Shown here piece by piece: positions 34,839 through 45,024 of a DNA stretch of 64,000 nt; position 1 is the stretch's first letter; each line of letters begins with the position of its first letter. Source of the DNA: an uncultured Acidobacteriota bacterium (GTDB taxonomy: Bacteria; Acidobacteriota; UBA6911); NCBI GenBank assembly GCA_963809485.1, contig CAWEJX010000006.1, positions 352,001 through 416,000 of the forward strand. Direction: 5' to 3'. Position numbers and translations under genes: made by a program. A model generated the notes under the pieces. It was not told the DNA's origin. It made no database searches and saw only the letters and a program-made list of their open reading frames with translations.

Positions 34839-36119
34839 TTATCGGGGGTCTTCAAAACGTTTTCGATGTGCCCAGAGACCCAGGCCGGGATTTGAAATAA
34901 AAAAGATTTCTTCTCCATCCGGCAGCCTGTTGAAACCTTCCGCCAGGACCGCGGGATTGTACCGGGCCGTCATCGCGCGAAGATCGGCATAGCGGAAGCC
35001 TGCCGCTTCAACCTGCTGTTGCGTGAGGCCGCCGGGACAATAGGTTATAGTGAACCGGCCTTCCGAAGACCCATGGATGAGGTGGGCCGCCGTCCCCAGG
35101 CTGTTTTTGAGATCCTCCTGCTTTTGGACCAGGTCCAGAATGCGCGGCGTCCCCACGTACCCGTATTTATGGATCAATCCGTCAATTTGATCGTCTTCGC
35201 CAAACCGCGAAATCCCCGGAGCCAGGATGATGAGTTCCCCATCGTCGGCCAGCGCCATCCGCGTCCTGTAAATGCTCTTGTTACCAACCCACGTGCTTTT
35301 GAATTCCGACGGATCAAGGTACACAACCACTTTTCTGAGCGGCGCATCCAGCATCTGGAAATTGACCGCAAGAGACAGCCCTGCGGCACGGAGGAAACAA
35401 TCCGGTTCATCTCCGATGAAAATCCCCCGGATGACCAGCTCTCCCCTGTCGTTTTTCCCGACGACCGTCAATACGTACACAACCGGCAGGTGCCTGGCAA
35501 AATGCTCGGAACCGTAGTTGAGGATCCGGCGCACAGGAGTATCGGCCCGTCCCATCATGCGTTCCATCCCATACACCGCGCCCAGAAAGTGGGTTTTGTT
35601 TATGGCCTCGGCTCCGCCAGTGCCTACGAAGATGTTTTTGTTGTATCCCGCCATCCCGATCACTTCATGGGGCACGATTTGCCCGAGGGAGAGAATCAGA
35701 TCGTGAGAACCGTCCGCGATCATGCTGTCGACCTGGATGGGGATCGCATAGTCAATTTTGCCCTTGGATACCTCCTTCACGAATGCGGCCGGCACCTCGC
35801 CCAGCATCGCCAGGCTGTTGTGCCAGTCGTGAACGCGAAACAGGCTTGTGGGGACCTTGCCGAACATATTCCCGATTTCTACTCCGGTCATGGGGCTATG
35901 AGTGCCGATGGCGGGCAGAACATCCGTCAGACGGTTTCCGTAATATTTCCAGGCCAATTCGGTCAAAATCCCTGCCTGGGAATGGTAGCGTGTAAAATCG
36001 GGCGGGACGGCAAGCACACGCCTTTTTTCTCCGAGACGATCCAGGGAGGAAAAGAGCGCCTGCCTGGTTTCTTCGGGAGAAAACTCCGTATAGGCTGAAC
36101 CGCGGCTGAAAAGGATCAT
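34839..36119 (-). CDS. LarA-family (nickel-pincer) epimerase, GntE-like mannonate/gluconate 2-epimerase candidate
   Basis: 'VPPDFTR', 'PAIGTH', 'VHDW', 'VPHEVIGMAGYNK'; sits in a hexuronate operon. Confidence 0.8.
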   Translation of the reverse strand: MILFSRGSAYTEFSPEETRQALFSSLDRLGEKRRVLAVPPDFTRYHSQAGILTELAWKYYGNRLTDVLPAIGTHSPMTGVEIGNMFGKVPTSLFRVHDWHNSLAMLGEVPAAFVKEVSKGKIDYAIPIQVDSMIADGSHDLILSLGQIVPHEVIGMAGYNKNIFVGTGGAEAINKTHFLGAVYGMERMMGRADTPVRRILNYGSEHFARHLPVVYVLTVVGKNDRGELVIRGIFIGDEPDCFLRAAGLSLAVNFQMLDAPLRKVVVYLDPSEFKSTWVGNKSIYRTRMALADDGELIILAPGISRFGEDDQIDGLIHKYGYVGTPRILDLVQKQEDLKNSLGTAAHLIHGSSEGRFTITYCPGGLTQQQVEAAGFRYADLRAMTARYNPAVLAEGFNRLPDGEEIFFISNPGLGLWAHRKRFEDPR

Positions 36120-36124
36120 CGCGC

Positions 36125-36955
36125 TTATATTCCTGAATATGCCGAGAATCCACCGTCGATGGGGAGCACAATCCCTGTCACGAATTGGGACACCGGCGAG
36201 AGGAGCCACAAAACTGCCCCGAAAAGATCTTCAGGCTCTCCGAACCGGCGCATCGGAGTGTGGGCCAGGATCTGCTCACCGCGGGCAGTCCGTTCGCCCG
36301 TGCTTTTATCAATCAGGAGATAACGATTCTGTTCCGTGAGGAAAAAGCCGGGGGCTATGGCGTTGACGCGGATCCGGGGCGAATATTCCTGTGCCATGTG
36401 GACAGCCAGCCATTGGGTGAAATTCGACACGGCCGCCTTGGCTGCGGAATAGGCGGGGATTCGGGTCAGCGGGCGGAAGCCGTTCATTGAGGAAATATTC
36501 AGGATGACGCCTTCCCCGCGTTGAGCCATGAGCTTGCCAAAAACCTGGCTGGGCAGGATTGTTCCCAGCAGGTTGAGATCGGAGACAAATCGTAGGGCAT
36601 CCTCGGGGAGATCGAAAAAAGCCCTGTCCCCCGTGGTCGCTCCCGGATTGTTTCCCCCTGCTCCGTTTATGAGGCAATCCACCTGTCCCCAATCGGCGAT
36701 GATCCTTTGCGATGCAAGCTCAATCGAGGCCTTTTTCAGGACGTCGCACTCGATCACCATGGCACGGCCTTTTGCCGTTTTGAGCCGCGGCAGAAGCCGC
36801 TCTGCCCCGGCAGGTTCCCGGTCGAGAATGACGACGCTTGCGTTGCATCCCGCAAGGGCGCACGCAATCCCGCCGCCCAGGATGCCGGCGCCGCCTGTCA
36901 CGACGACAACCCGGCCGCTGAAGTCATAGTGTCGGGTGAGTTCATCGAGGTTCAC
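36125..36955 (-). CDS. SDR oxidoreductase, D-mannonate oxidoreductase-like
   Basis: 'TGGAGILG', 'NGAGGN', 'PLTRIPAYSAAKAAVSNFTQWLAVH', 'IDGGFSAYSG'. Confidence 0.88.
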   Translation of the reverse strand: MNLDELTRHYDFSGRVVVVTGGAGILGGGIACALAGCNASVVILDREPAGAERLLPRLKTAKGRAMVIECDVLKKASIELASQRIIADWGQVDCLINGAGGNNPGATTGDRAFFDLPEDALRFVSDLNLLGTILPSQVFGKLMAQRGEGVILNISSMNGFRPLTRIPAYSAAKAAVSNFTQWLAVHMAQEYSPRIRVNAIAPGFFLTEQNRYLLIDKSTGERTARGEQILAHTPMRRFGEPEDLFGAVLWLLSPVSQFVTGIVLPIDGGFSAYSGI

Positions 36956-37097
36956 AGTGCCTCCCTTTTCCTGGATGAAAACTTCGGAACTCCTGACATA
37001 CTCTCCCAAAAATTATGAAAACTTGCAATCTATCGGACATGGGTGCAGACAAAAACCTGTCCGCTTTTTTTTGCAGGTAGCACCGATATCTCGTTCG

Positions 37098-37276
37098 GCC
37101 GCGTAGCGGCTCGGTGAATTTAGGCCGGCCTTTTAAGGCCGGCATTATGACCGATGAGCAGGATGCGTCGCGTCAGCGACGCCTGAATTCAACCGTAGCT
37201 GACGCGACGGAATCTATTTCAAATCGTTGTCCGGGCCTTGAAAGGCCGGGCTAGAATCATACTGCCGCTACGCGGC
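37098..37276. repeat. REP/MITE-like multi-palindromic element
   Basis: Perfect terminal inverted repeat gccgcgtagcggc/gccgctacgcggc; internal palindromes gccggccttttaaggccggc and cgtcgcgtcagc...gctgacgcgacg. Confidence 0.85.
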
Positions 37277-37440
37277 AAACCTATGAAACGGCGTTAAGCG
37301 TTTCGCAGAGCGGCGGACATATTTTCATAGGAGTATTTCAGAAGTTCTGAAATCCGGTTCAAAGCTGACTCGATTCGCGCGGGCCTGCAGCCGAATGCGC
37401 AATTCGCGGCTGATTGTGAAATATTCCCTCCCGGCCATTT

Positions 37441-38694
37441 TCAGTCAGAATCGAGGAACAGGGGCCGGATGTGCCTGTCATACAGGTTTTCGGTGACATT
37501 TTCCTCTATGGCGTCGCGGTATTCGAGAAGCATCTCCGTGAAGCGGGTTCGCATCTCCGCGGCCACCGTAAAGCCGACGTGCAGGAGCTGGCGCAAATGC
37601 GGATTGTAACTTCTGCACGATTCATCGTGGCGCAGCGCGCGGACAAACTCCTCGGAACTCCACGAAGCCGCCTCGGCGGGCGATGGAAGCCTCTGCCTGT
37701 CGATACGGATAACAGCGAGGTATGGTTTGCACAATTCTTCGCATCGCCGGTAGGATTCTTTATAGATCTTTTTGGCAAACGCCAGTCCGGTGTTGCCCGA
37801 AGCGGCAATACCGGCCAATTCTTCCAGCCAGGTGGTCCCCGCCGTCTTGAGGTGAATCCCTGAATCCATGCTCTTGATGGCGCGGTGCATGATGGGGTAT
37901 AGAGAAAATTTGTCGCTGCCGGTGTGGATGCTCAGTTTCAGGTTGCGGGGTAGATTGAAATTATTAACAGCAAACCTGATGACGGCAAGGTAGTCGCGGA
38001 AGTCCCGTGTGAACTGCTGCCGGTCGCCCACATAATCGCAGCCTTTCAGAAAAGCTCCTGCAAATTTGGGCGCAACGGCCTGGGCTGGAATACCTTCGCG
38101 TGCAAGGGATGCAAGAATGAGCAGCAGCTCGACAGACGTTTGCGGATTCTGAGCTTCGTCTACAGACACCTCGGTAACAAATTGGGTTCCTTTTCTTTCT
38201 TCGATGTGCCGGTAAATGTTGCCAGCCTCCGCGATCGCGCAAAGGTATTTCCGGGCGAAATCCGTAAGGGTCAGGTCCGTGATCTGAACTGGCGCCTGCA
38301 GGTCCGGAATTTCAAAAGATCCCTTGAGCCCGGCCATCGCGGCGAGGAAAGACGCCGTGGGCTCTTCGCCAGGCGGTTTCCCGATGTAATCCGCGACATC
38401 GATGGTGAAATAGTCGTGGGTGGGAAGAAAAGCATCGACCGTAGCCAGTCCGATATGGTCGGCGTCGACATAATAGGGATCTGTCCAGCGGCAGGCCAGA
38501 ACTCCTTCGTCGGCCGCCTTTCGGGCGGCTTCCGGCACGGTTCCGGCGATATTGTGCTCACGGTTGGATTTGTTCCAAACGGGCGCAATCCGGACGCCAT
38601 CCGTGGCGGCCGCCTTCTGCAGCGCGCGCAATTGAGCCACGCATTCGAAGCCGAATCTGTCGCCGATGCCCAAAGAATATTTTTCCAATTCCAT
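37441..38694 (-). CDS. uxaE: Tagaturonate/fructuronate epimerase
   Basis: 'SLGIGDRFG', 'DADHI', 'EVSVDE', 'KLSIHTGSDKFS', 'HLKTAGTTWLEE'. Confidence 0.88.
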   Translation of the reverse strand: MELEKYSLGIGDRFGFECVAQLRALQKAAATDGVRIAPVWNKSNREHNIAGTVPEAARKAADEGVLACRWTDPYYVDADHIGLATVDAFLPTHDYFTIDVADYIGKPPGEEPTASFLAAMAGLKGSFEIPDLQAPVQITDLTLTDFARKYLCAIAEAGNIYRHIEERKGTQFVTEVSVDEAQNPQTSVELLLILASLAREGIPAQAVAPKFAGAFLKGCDYVGDRQQFTRDFRDYLAVIRFAVNNFNLPRNLKLSIHTGSDKFSLYPIMHRAIKSMDSGIHLKTAGTTWLEELAGIAASGNTGLAFAKKIYKESYRRCEELCKPYLAVIRIDRQRLPSPAEAASWSSEEFVRALRHDESCRSYNPHLRQLLHVGFTVAAEMRTRFTEMLLEYRDAIEENVTENLYDRHIRPLFLDSD

Positions 38695-38914
38695 GCTTTT
38701 GAATCCTTCCTTCACCGGTCCCCCGAGCCCGGCGAAGGCTGACGAGAAGCAGGTCAGCGACGGTCTCCGGTCGTCCCTGAGAAGTCATTCTCGCATGTAT
38801 ATATGCAGAAAGCCGTGCGAAAAAACAAGAAACTGGAAGGCCGAATGGCGATGCATTGGCAATCCCCCGTCTATTCCGGAGAATATGTGGAGTTCCGCTG
38901 CTGAGATAAGAATT

Positions 38915-38956
38915 GACGCCGACATACGCTGAAGAAAACGCTGATTAACGCTGACA
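38915..38956. repeat. ACGCTGA short tandem repeat
   Basis: gacgccgacatacgctgaagaaaacgctgattaacgctgac. Confidence 0.7.
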
Positions 38957-39158
38957 AGGGATTTGAGGATAAGCGTATGAAAGCAGACGGAGCTCCTGCA
39001 AACACTTCGAGCAGTTTGCAGTCAGGCATCCGCTTTTGCCAGAAGCTGAAGGTTGGCCTTGTGTTTCGCTATCGGCAAGGGCGTTGATGAAGCCGATGTG
39101 CCTGCAATGGACCAAGAGGAGTATACTTTGTTTTAAGGAAAGCCGAGGAGGTGCAACC

Positions 39159-39791
39159 ATGGAGGAGTACGAGAAAACCTATTACCATAGTCTGTACCAG
39201 CTGGCCGCAACGCTGAACTCAGCCCGTTCGCCGGAGAGCATTCTCCGCTCCATTGTAGAAAATGTCGCAAAAGCCATGGCCGCAAAAGGCTGTTCATTGC
39301 TTTTGCTTACGCCCAACAAAGAAGCGCTCCTTCGGACTGCCGCCTATGGATTGAGTGATTGGTACGTCCGAATGGGCCCTGTATCGGCCGACAAGAGCAT
39401 GTCGGAATCGCTTATGGGCAAATCCGTGGCGGTTTTCGATGCCACGACCGACGAAAGGGTTCAGTTCCGACCCCAGGTGAAGCAGGAGGGAATCGCCTCA
39501 ATATTGAGTGTCCCCGTCAAGCTGAGGGAAGAAGTAGTCGGAGTGATGAGGGTGTATACATCCGAACCGCGCCGCTTCACGGATGCCGACATTAATTTTG
39601 CCGGCGCGGCCGCCAACTTCGGCGCCATCGCGCTGGAGAGCGCCAGGTTTTACCAGTTTCTTCAGAAGGACTACGACGATTTCAGGGAAGGGCTGCTGCA
39701 ATGGCGCGCTGATCTGGGATACGAGTGGATGGCGGAGGAGTCCGTCATCCCTGCCGAAGAGGAAGGCCCCACCATGCCTCCCGGCGGGTAG
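39159..39791 (+). CDS. Stand-alone GAF-domain protein
   Basis: GAGGAGG RBS; 'EGIASILSVPV..EEVVGVMRVY..PRRFTDADI'. Confidence 0.88.
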   Translation: MEEYEKTYYHSLYQLAATLNSARSPESILRSIVENVAKAMAAKGCSLLLLTPNKEALLRTAAYGLSDWYVRMGPVSADKSMSESLMGKSVAVFDATTDERVQFRPQVKQEGIASILSVPVKLREEVVGVMRVYTSEPRRFTDADINFAGAAANFGAIALESARFYQFLQKDYDDFREGLLQWRADLGYEWMAEESVIPAEEEGPTMPPGG

Positions 39792-40094
39792 TCGGGGCAC
39801 GCGTCTTTCGGTCTCTCCCAAAAGCGAGTGAGGATGGCTCTCCGAAGCTATCCTCACGTGGTACCTCCAGTATACCCGTGCCTACCTGCATTGTTTGTTC
39901 TTCCCGCGTATGTCGGAGGCCAGGATCCGTGGCATTCACGGAACCGCTCCAAGCGGTTCACGATCAGGTTTTCGCCTTTGTCGGCCTTTCTTGCTCCACC
40001 CATAATTTTTTCGCTCACTTCCGGGCCTGTTCATTAATAAGGAGAGGGCGGGGGATCATTGCCGCCCGAAACAACCGCGGGAAAGGGGAATACC

Positions 40095-40640
40095 ATGGGA
40101 AAACGTGCGAGAGAGCGTCGGGAGAGACGTGCCAAGATGGATGCGAATAGGGCATTCGCCGGCTGTCGTAATGCAGGGCGGACTGCTTCCATCAGTGATT
40201 TTGATAACGAGCTGAACAAACTGGCGGGGGATGCAGCGTTCCAGGCATCATCGGATTATCCGGCCGAGATGAGGGAATCCGATCTGGAGGATATTCGTCA
40301 ATTCGAGTCGGTCGGATCCGGCATCAGTCTTTTTGAGGGCCTGCAGCAGCGCGGCATGGTACTCCCGCATCCCGAAGGGCTGGATGAAGCGCAGAGCAAG
40401 CGCAAAGCCCTGGAAGTGCTGGGTGCGCTGGCGGATCTGCGCATTTTCCTGATCGGATTCGAAAAGATGTCGGCCCGGCAGCTGTATGCGACGCTCTGGA
40501 ACGAGACGCTCTGGGAAGCGTGCTATGTCAGGAAGCGCAATCCGTGGGCGATTACGATGATCGACCTTTCGCGCCGGAAACCGAGGTCGGGGATGCTCGG
40601 GGTCCTGGAAAAACTCAAAAAACCACTATCGGTTCACTGA
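40095..40640 (+). CDS. Hypothetical protein
   Basis: Open frame with plausible RBS and coding-like composition; no family recognised. Confidence 0.65.
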   Translation: MGKRARERRERRAKMDANRAFAGCRNAGRTASISDFDNELNKLAGDAAFQASSDYPAEMRESDLEDIRQFESVGSGISLFEGLQQRGMVLPHPEGLDEAQSKRKALEVLGALADLRIFLIGFEKMSARQLYATLWNETLWEACYVRKRNPWAITMIDLSRRKPRSGMLGVLEKLKKPLSVH

Positions 40641-40664
40641 AGCAGGCTCGGAATTTTCCTGGCC

Positions 40665-41147
40665 CTACAAGAGCTTTTTCTCAACCAACGAGATGGCTCT
40701 AAATCCGCATCTCTCGTAAAAACGGATGGCAGATTTGTTTTCGGCTCTTACATTGAGTGTAATGAAGGGCATTTGCCTTTCTCTTGCCCATTCTTCGAAG
40801 GAGTTCAGCAATAAAGCCCCAATTCCTTTATTCCTCTCGCTTTCGACAACGCCCAGACTGTCCACATAAGCCTGGCGGGGCGTCGTGAAGATTGGAGGCA
40901 GCTTCCGGAGTTCACCTAAAAGGAAGCCTATGATTTCTCCATCGCGCTCTGCGATGAGGGCTTTGCGAAGCCTGGATCGAACATGTCTTTCAAAATATTT
41001 CCTCCACATATCACGGGCGCCGGGAACCATGTCAAAATCGTGAGCGGATAAATTGCTGTGATAGGCCATAAACTCGTCCCAGGCAGGAAGGGTTTTTTGG
41101 CTGTCCTTTGTCCGCGCGTCTCTGATCACTACCAATCCATGATCCAT
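40665..41147 (-). CDS. GNAT family N-acetyltransferase
   Basis: 'LGVVESERNKGIGALL', 'NKSAIRFYERCGF'. Confidence 0.9.
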   Translation of the reverse strand: MDHGLVVIRDARTKDSQKTLPAWDEFMAYHSNLSAHDFDMVPGARDMWRKYFERHVRSRLRKALIAERDGEIIGFLLGELRKLPPIFTTPRQAYVDSLGVVESERNKGIGALLLNSFEEWARERQMPFITLNVRAENKSAIRFYERCGFRAISLVEKKLL

Positions 41148-41150
41148 TCG

Positions 41151-41396
41151 CTACTCCAGTCCGCATTTATGCAGCAGGCTATGGGCGCGTTCTTCTTCCT
41201 GGGGCATGACGTAAAAATACGCCCCTACCTTGGTGGTGCGAAAGAGCAAGCCGCTCTGGTAGGGTCCGGTTTCCACGACATAGTCGAGACTGCCTTCGTT
41301 GAAAGCCTTTTCGACGGCAAGGGCGTGTTTCAGGCGCCTTGCCATGTAGACAAGAACCAGTTCCTGGTCTTCAAAAAATTCCGGTTCGCGCCGCAT
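41151..41396 (-). CDS. Small hypothetical protein
   Basis: Tightly packed between co-oriented genes; 81 aa. Confidence 0.7.
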   Translation of the reverse strand: MRREPEFFEDQELVLVYMARRLKHALAVEKAFNEGSLDYVVETGPYQSGLLFRTTKVGAYFYVMPQEEERAHSLLHKCGLE

Positions 41397-41451
41397 GGAC
41401 TCTTTGCAGGATGATGGGTTTTGAAGGGCCTATTCTGCCGGCTGCGCCGTC

Positions 41452-43176
41452 CTACTCGAATTCCTCATCGCTCGGCCATTCGGCGGGGCCGCGCTTCAGG
41501 CTGCTTTCGGCCTGGCCCCGACGAATACGTCCCCTGAGAACAAGCACGTCCCGGTAGTCGGACCAGTTGCTGACGACCATGTAAATGCCGAAAGCAAGCA
41601 CCCCGAGCACCAGGATCGACACGATTGCCACGGCTCCGTAATGATACCCGGCCGTATGGGCATCCGGCTGGAAAAAGATGCGCTCGAAATTACGGCCGAA
41701 ATTCATGCCGAAAAATCCGGTCAGGATGGCGCCGGCGCCGATCAGGAGGCTTAAAATGGCCAGACGGTTCACGGCATCTGTGTTGCGTGAAGCGGCATAG
41801 CTTTGCAGAGATGTGTTCAGCTTTTCGATCTCCTGGTCTACTTCGTTCTTGACCGTCTGAATCCGCAACGCGCGGCAGTGCAGGATGAAGTGCTCGAATT
41901 CCTCTTCCTTGTTGGCCAATTCGTCGAAATACCAGTAATTGGAGAAATGCAAAAATTCCGACCGCAGGTCACTGGCCAGTCGGACATTCCCCTTGCTGAG
42001 TTTTCCGTCTTCCCAGTCCCTGTAGATGCGCTTGGAGACGAGAGCGGTGCGTTCGGCGAAGTCCAGCAGCGTCGCACGATAAAACAGAGCAATCAGGGCC
42101 ATCAGGTAGTAACGGGTGCTGAACATGCGGTGAATGAGGAACCCTTCGCGCAAGGTGTGCTGGTCGCAATCGAATGCGCCGATGGTGGCGGTGATGTTGC
42201 TATAGCTGGTGTAGCCGTAATACGTCCCTGTGTGGGCCCACCTGTGATAAAGATGACGCTCCAGTTGTTTGCGGGTAAAATCGGGATCGTATCGATACGA
42301 TTCCCCGTCGAGATCGACATACAAAAGCCGGCTTAAAAATATCCTGTAAGTTTCCGAATGCGCGAAATTTGCGGAGACGGAATCCGGATTCAGGCAGGCA
42401 TAGGTGTAAACCAGCATCCGCTCGTCCAGGACCGGCTCGAACTCCTGCAGCGAGTAATCGCAAAAATAGAGCAGAGACGAAATCGTTCCTGCCAGGGGCG
42501 GCAGGTAGCCGATCAAAGCGGCTTTTTTAATTTCTTCCTCTGCAATGATTTGCCGGTGCCCTTCCTTTTCAACGATCAGCTGCATCTTCGACGGAGTCCG
42601 CCCTTCGCGGATCTGGCGCCCGCTGGACGGATAAACCTTGCGAAACGCCTCGTTGATCCAGAGCGCGTCCGAAGCCGGCAGGTGGAAGGCCTCGACGCCG
42701 ACCGACAGGATTCCGATGCCATTGGCGAACAGGAATAGCCGCAGGTCCGTTATTTGTACCGAAGCGGACCGGCCTTTCACATCCTCCGCGTAGAACCAGA
42801 GCTTTCTGTCGGCGGGAATGGGCAGGGTAAAACAGCACAATAGCGCTTCCCGCTCCTCGGTTTTTTTCGCGACTTCACCCGTATCGAAGAACACCCGGCG
42901 CACATAAGGGTGGAAGAAGACCATGTCCTGAAAGGCCGGGGATTCCAAGTCGAAGCGGGCGTAGGGATCGCGGCGCCAGTAGCCCAGATGCTTCCGGAGA
43001 GGGCCCTGGGGACCTGTGTGGTGTGCGGCAATCCATTCGTCCAGCCCGTCGATCCAATGGTTGTACTTGGCCCATAAATCCCTGTGGTTCTCGACCACGG
43101 TCACTTTATCGATCGAAAACGGGAAGAAAAAGTATGTATGCAAATGAAGCAGTTCGATCGGATTTTGTCGCGCCAT
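41452..43176 (-). CDS. CorA-like protein with large soluble N-domain
   Basis: Two C-terminal TM helices with the 'GFFGMN' signature. Confidence 0.8.
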   Translation of the reverse strand: MARQNPIELLHLHTYFFFPFSIDKVTVVENHRDLWAKYNHWIDGLDEWIAAHHTGPQGPLRKHLGYWRRDPYARFDLESPAFQDMVFFHPYVRRVFFDTGEVAKKTEEREALLCCFTLPIPADRKLWFYAEDVKGRSASVQITDLRLFLFANGIGILSVGVEAFHLPASDALWINEAFRKVYPSSGRQIREGRTPSKMQLIVEKEGHRQIIAEEEIKKAALIGYLPPLAGTISSLLYFCDYSLQEFEPVLDERMLVYTYACLNPDSVSANFAHSETYRIFLSRLLYVDLDGESYRYDPDFTRKQLERHLYHRWAHTGTYYGYTSYSNITATIGAFDCDQHTLREGFLIHRMFSTRYYLMALIALFYRATLLDFAERTALVSKRIYRDWEDGKLSKGNVRLASDLRSEFLHFSNYWYFDELANKEEEFEHFILHCRALRIQTVKNEVDQEIEKLNTSLQSYAASRNTDAVNRLAILSLLIGAGAILTGFFGMNFGRNFERIFFQPDAHTAGYHYGAVAIVSILVLGVLAFGIYMVVSNWSDYRDVLVLRGRIRRGQAESSLKRGPAEWPSDEEFE

Positions 43177-43548
43177 GGTTGGGAATATTACCACCGCACG
43201 CGGCCACACCCAAACAATTACGGGCTATCCGGCGGTATATTTTGTATGGAAATCCCGGGTCCGGGCATTTAATGGGTCCCGGTTTTCAAGGACGCTGATT
43301 ATGCTCCCGAACATGGGACCCTGTCGCATCTTTGCCCCGAAATTCCTTAAGGATGCAGCAGCGCGGCCATTCAGACGGTTATGGATATCATTGGCCCCGA
43401 CAAGAGACTTGCAGCCCGTGGCCTGCAGCCTGTAACCTGTGACCTGCGGCCTTCGGACAATGACTGCCGATTCTCACACTGTCCTGTTCCATGATTCCGG
43501 ACAGCAAAGGCCTCACGATGCGCCGCGCACGGCAGCCTTTGATTTCTT

Positions 43549-44391
43549 ATGCTATATCTAATACTTGTTTCGATCTTGTGGGGATTCTCCTTCATACTCA
43601 TTAAGGGGATACTTGTCCCCCTGGATTCCAATTTTGTCTCCTTTGCCAGGCTGCTGCTCTCCTTGCTTGTTTTTTTGCCCTTTGTGCGCATATCCGGCAT
43701 CGCGGCGCCGGACAAGCTCCGGCTCATGTTTATCGGCGGCGTGCAATTCGGCCTGATGTATGTTGCTTACGTCGCGTCCTACCAGTACCTTCCTGCGCAC
43801 GTCATCGCCCTGATGACAACCACGACTCCGTTGTTCGTTACGCTCTTGAACGACCTGTGCTCGAGGAGGTTTCACCTGACATTTCTGGCGGCTGCGCTGT
43901 TGGCTGTTGCCGGAGGAGCCGTCATACAGTTCCCCCACCAGTCTTCGTCGGCGAGCGCTGTCGGGGTGGTGCTTGTCCAGATATCCAACGCAGCCTTCGC
44001 TTACGGCCAGATCGCCTACAAAAGACTGATGGATTCGAGGCCTGCCCTGCGGGACAAAGACGTCTTCGGGCTCATGTACGGCGGGGCGGTTGTTGTTGCA
44101 GCCATATTCTTTTTGGCAACAATGGATTATGGCCGGATGCGGGTTCAGCCGGATCAATGGCTCGTCCTGCTGTATCTGGGCGTGGTGGCTTCGGGGCTGT
44201 GTTTTTTCCTGTGGAACCTTGGGGCCCGCAAGGTGAATGACGGGATGCTGGCAATCATGAACAACCTAAAAATTCCCATCGGGGTGGTGGCGAGCCTGGT
44301 GATACTCAAGGAAGGCACCGACTATGGCCGGCTGCTTGCCGGATGCGTTTTATTTGCCGCGGCACTGTGGGTAAACCGGTGGCACCGCTGA
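43549..44391 (+). CDS. EamA/DMT family transporter
   Basis: About 10 TM helices; 'SILWGFSF', 'GGVQFGLMY', 'LLYLGVVASGLCFFLWN'. Confidence 0.9.
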   Translation: MLYLILVSILWGFSFILIKGILVPLDSNFVSFARLLLSLLVFLPFVRISGIAAPDKLRLMFIGGVQFGLMYVAYVASYQYLPAHVIALMTTTTPLFVTLLNDLCSRRFHLTFLAAALLAVAGGAVIQFPHQSSSASAVGVVLVQISNAAFAYGQIAYKRLMDSRPALRDKDVFGLMYGGAVVVAAIFFLATMDYGRMRVQPDQWLVLLYLGVVASGLCFFLWNLGARKVNDGMLAIMNNLKIPIGVVASLVILKEGTDYGRLLAGCVLFAAALWVNRWHR

Positions 44392-44563
44392 AAATTGGAA
44401 GGCTGTTTTACATACTTCGCCGGAGTCGAGGTCAAGGGCCCGGGAATGCAGCCTGGCTACTGGGGAATCCAGCTGCTTATGGATTTCAAGCCGGAATCCC
44501 CGTTCGCGGAAGTGTCGAACGCGGATTTCCGAAAAAATCCCGATTTGTTCGGCGAGGGTCAGC

Positions 44564-44841
44564 GAGCAAAAGCCGATGAGGCGCTTCCGATGGAGTTTTC
44601 TGCGGCGGCACTGTGGCAAACGCCCGATTTCTCATACCCTTCATCTCCTTGCCGCACGGCGCTTGCCACAGTGCCGCCGCAGAAAACTGTCCAGCTCGGA
44701 GCGCTGGCCCCTGCGGGGATCGGAACCGCCTCATCGGCTTTTGCCCGCGTAAGTCAGCGTTCAAGACCGGCGTAACTCGTGCAATCGCTTTGCGCGGTTC
44801 CAATCTTTCAAGGCCTCCGGCTTTGCCGGAGGTCCCTGACT
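44564..44841. repeat. Large palindrome plus dispersed repeat A, copy 2
   Basis: gcaaaagccgatgaggcg inverted with cgcctcatcggcttttgc; ttttctgcggcggcactgtggcaa inverted with ttgccacagtgccgccgcagaaaa; 44702-44841 matches 4255-4390. Confidence 0.85.
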
Positions 44842-45024
44842 GGCAAAGAAGAATATGCCCAATTGATATTGCCATTTTTCCGGTTGGCAGCCTGGAAATG
44901 AACCCGAGAAGCCATCGGTATCCCGATTCACCGATCCATGCACGTATCGCGGGACGCGGATCATCGATTCCTTCAGGCTCATGGACGTGCCATTCAGGCT
45001 GTCTATCAAGAGCGAGATAAGCAG

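Noticed and set aside
44395-44560. 126-aa ORF after the EamA gene
   Set aside because: It runs into the palindromic repeat and has no RBS; at best a gene fragment.
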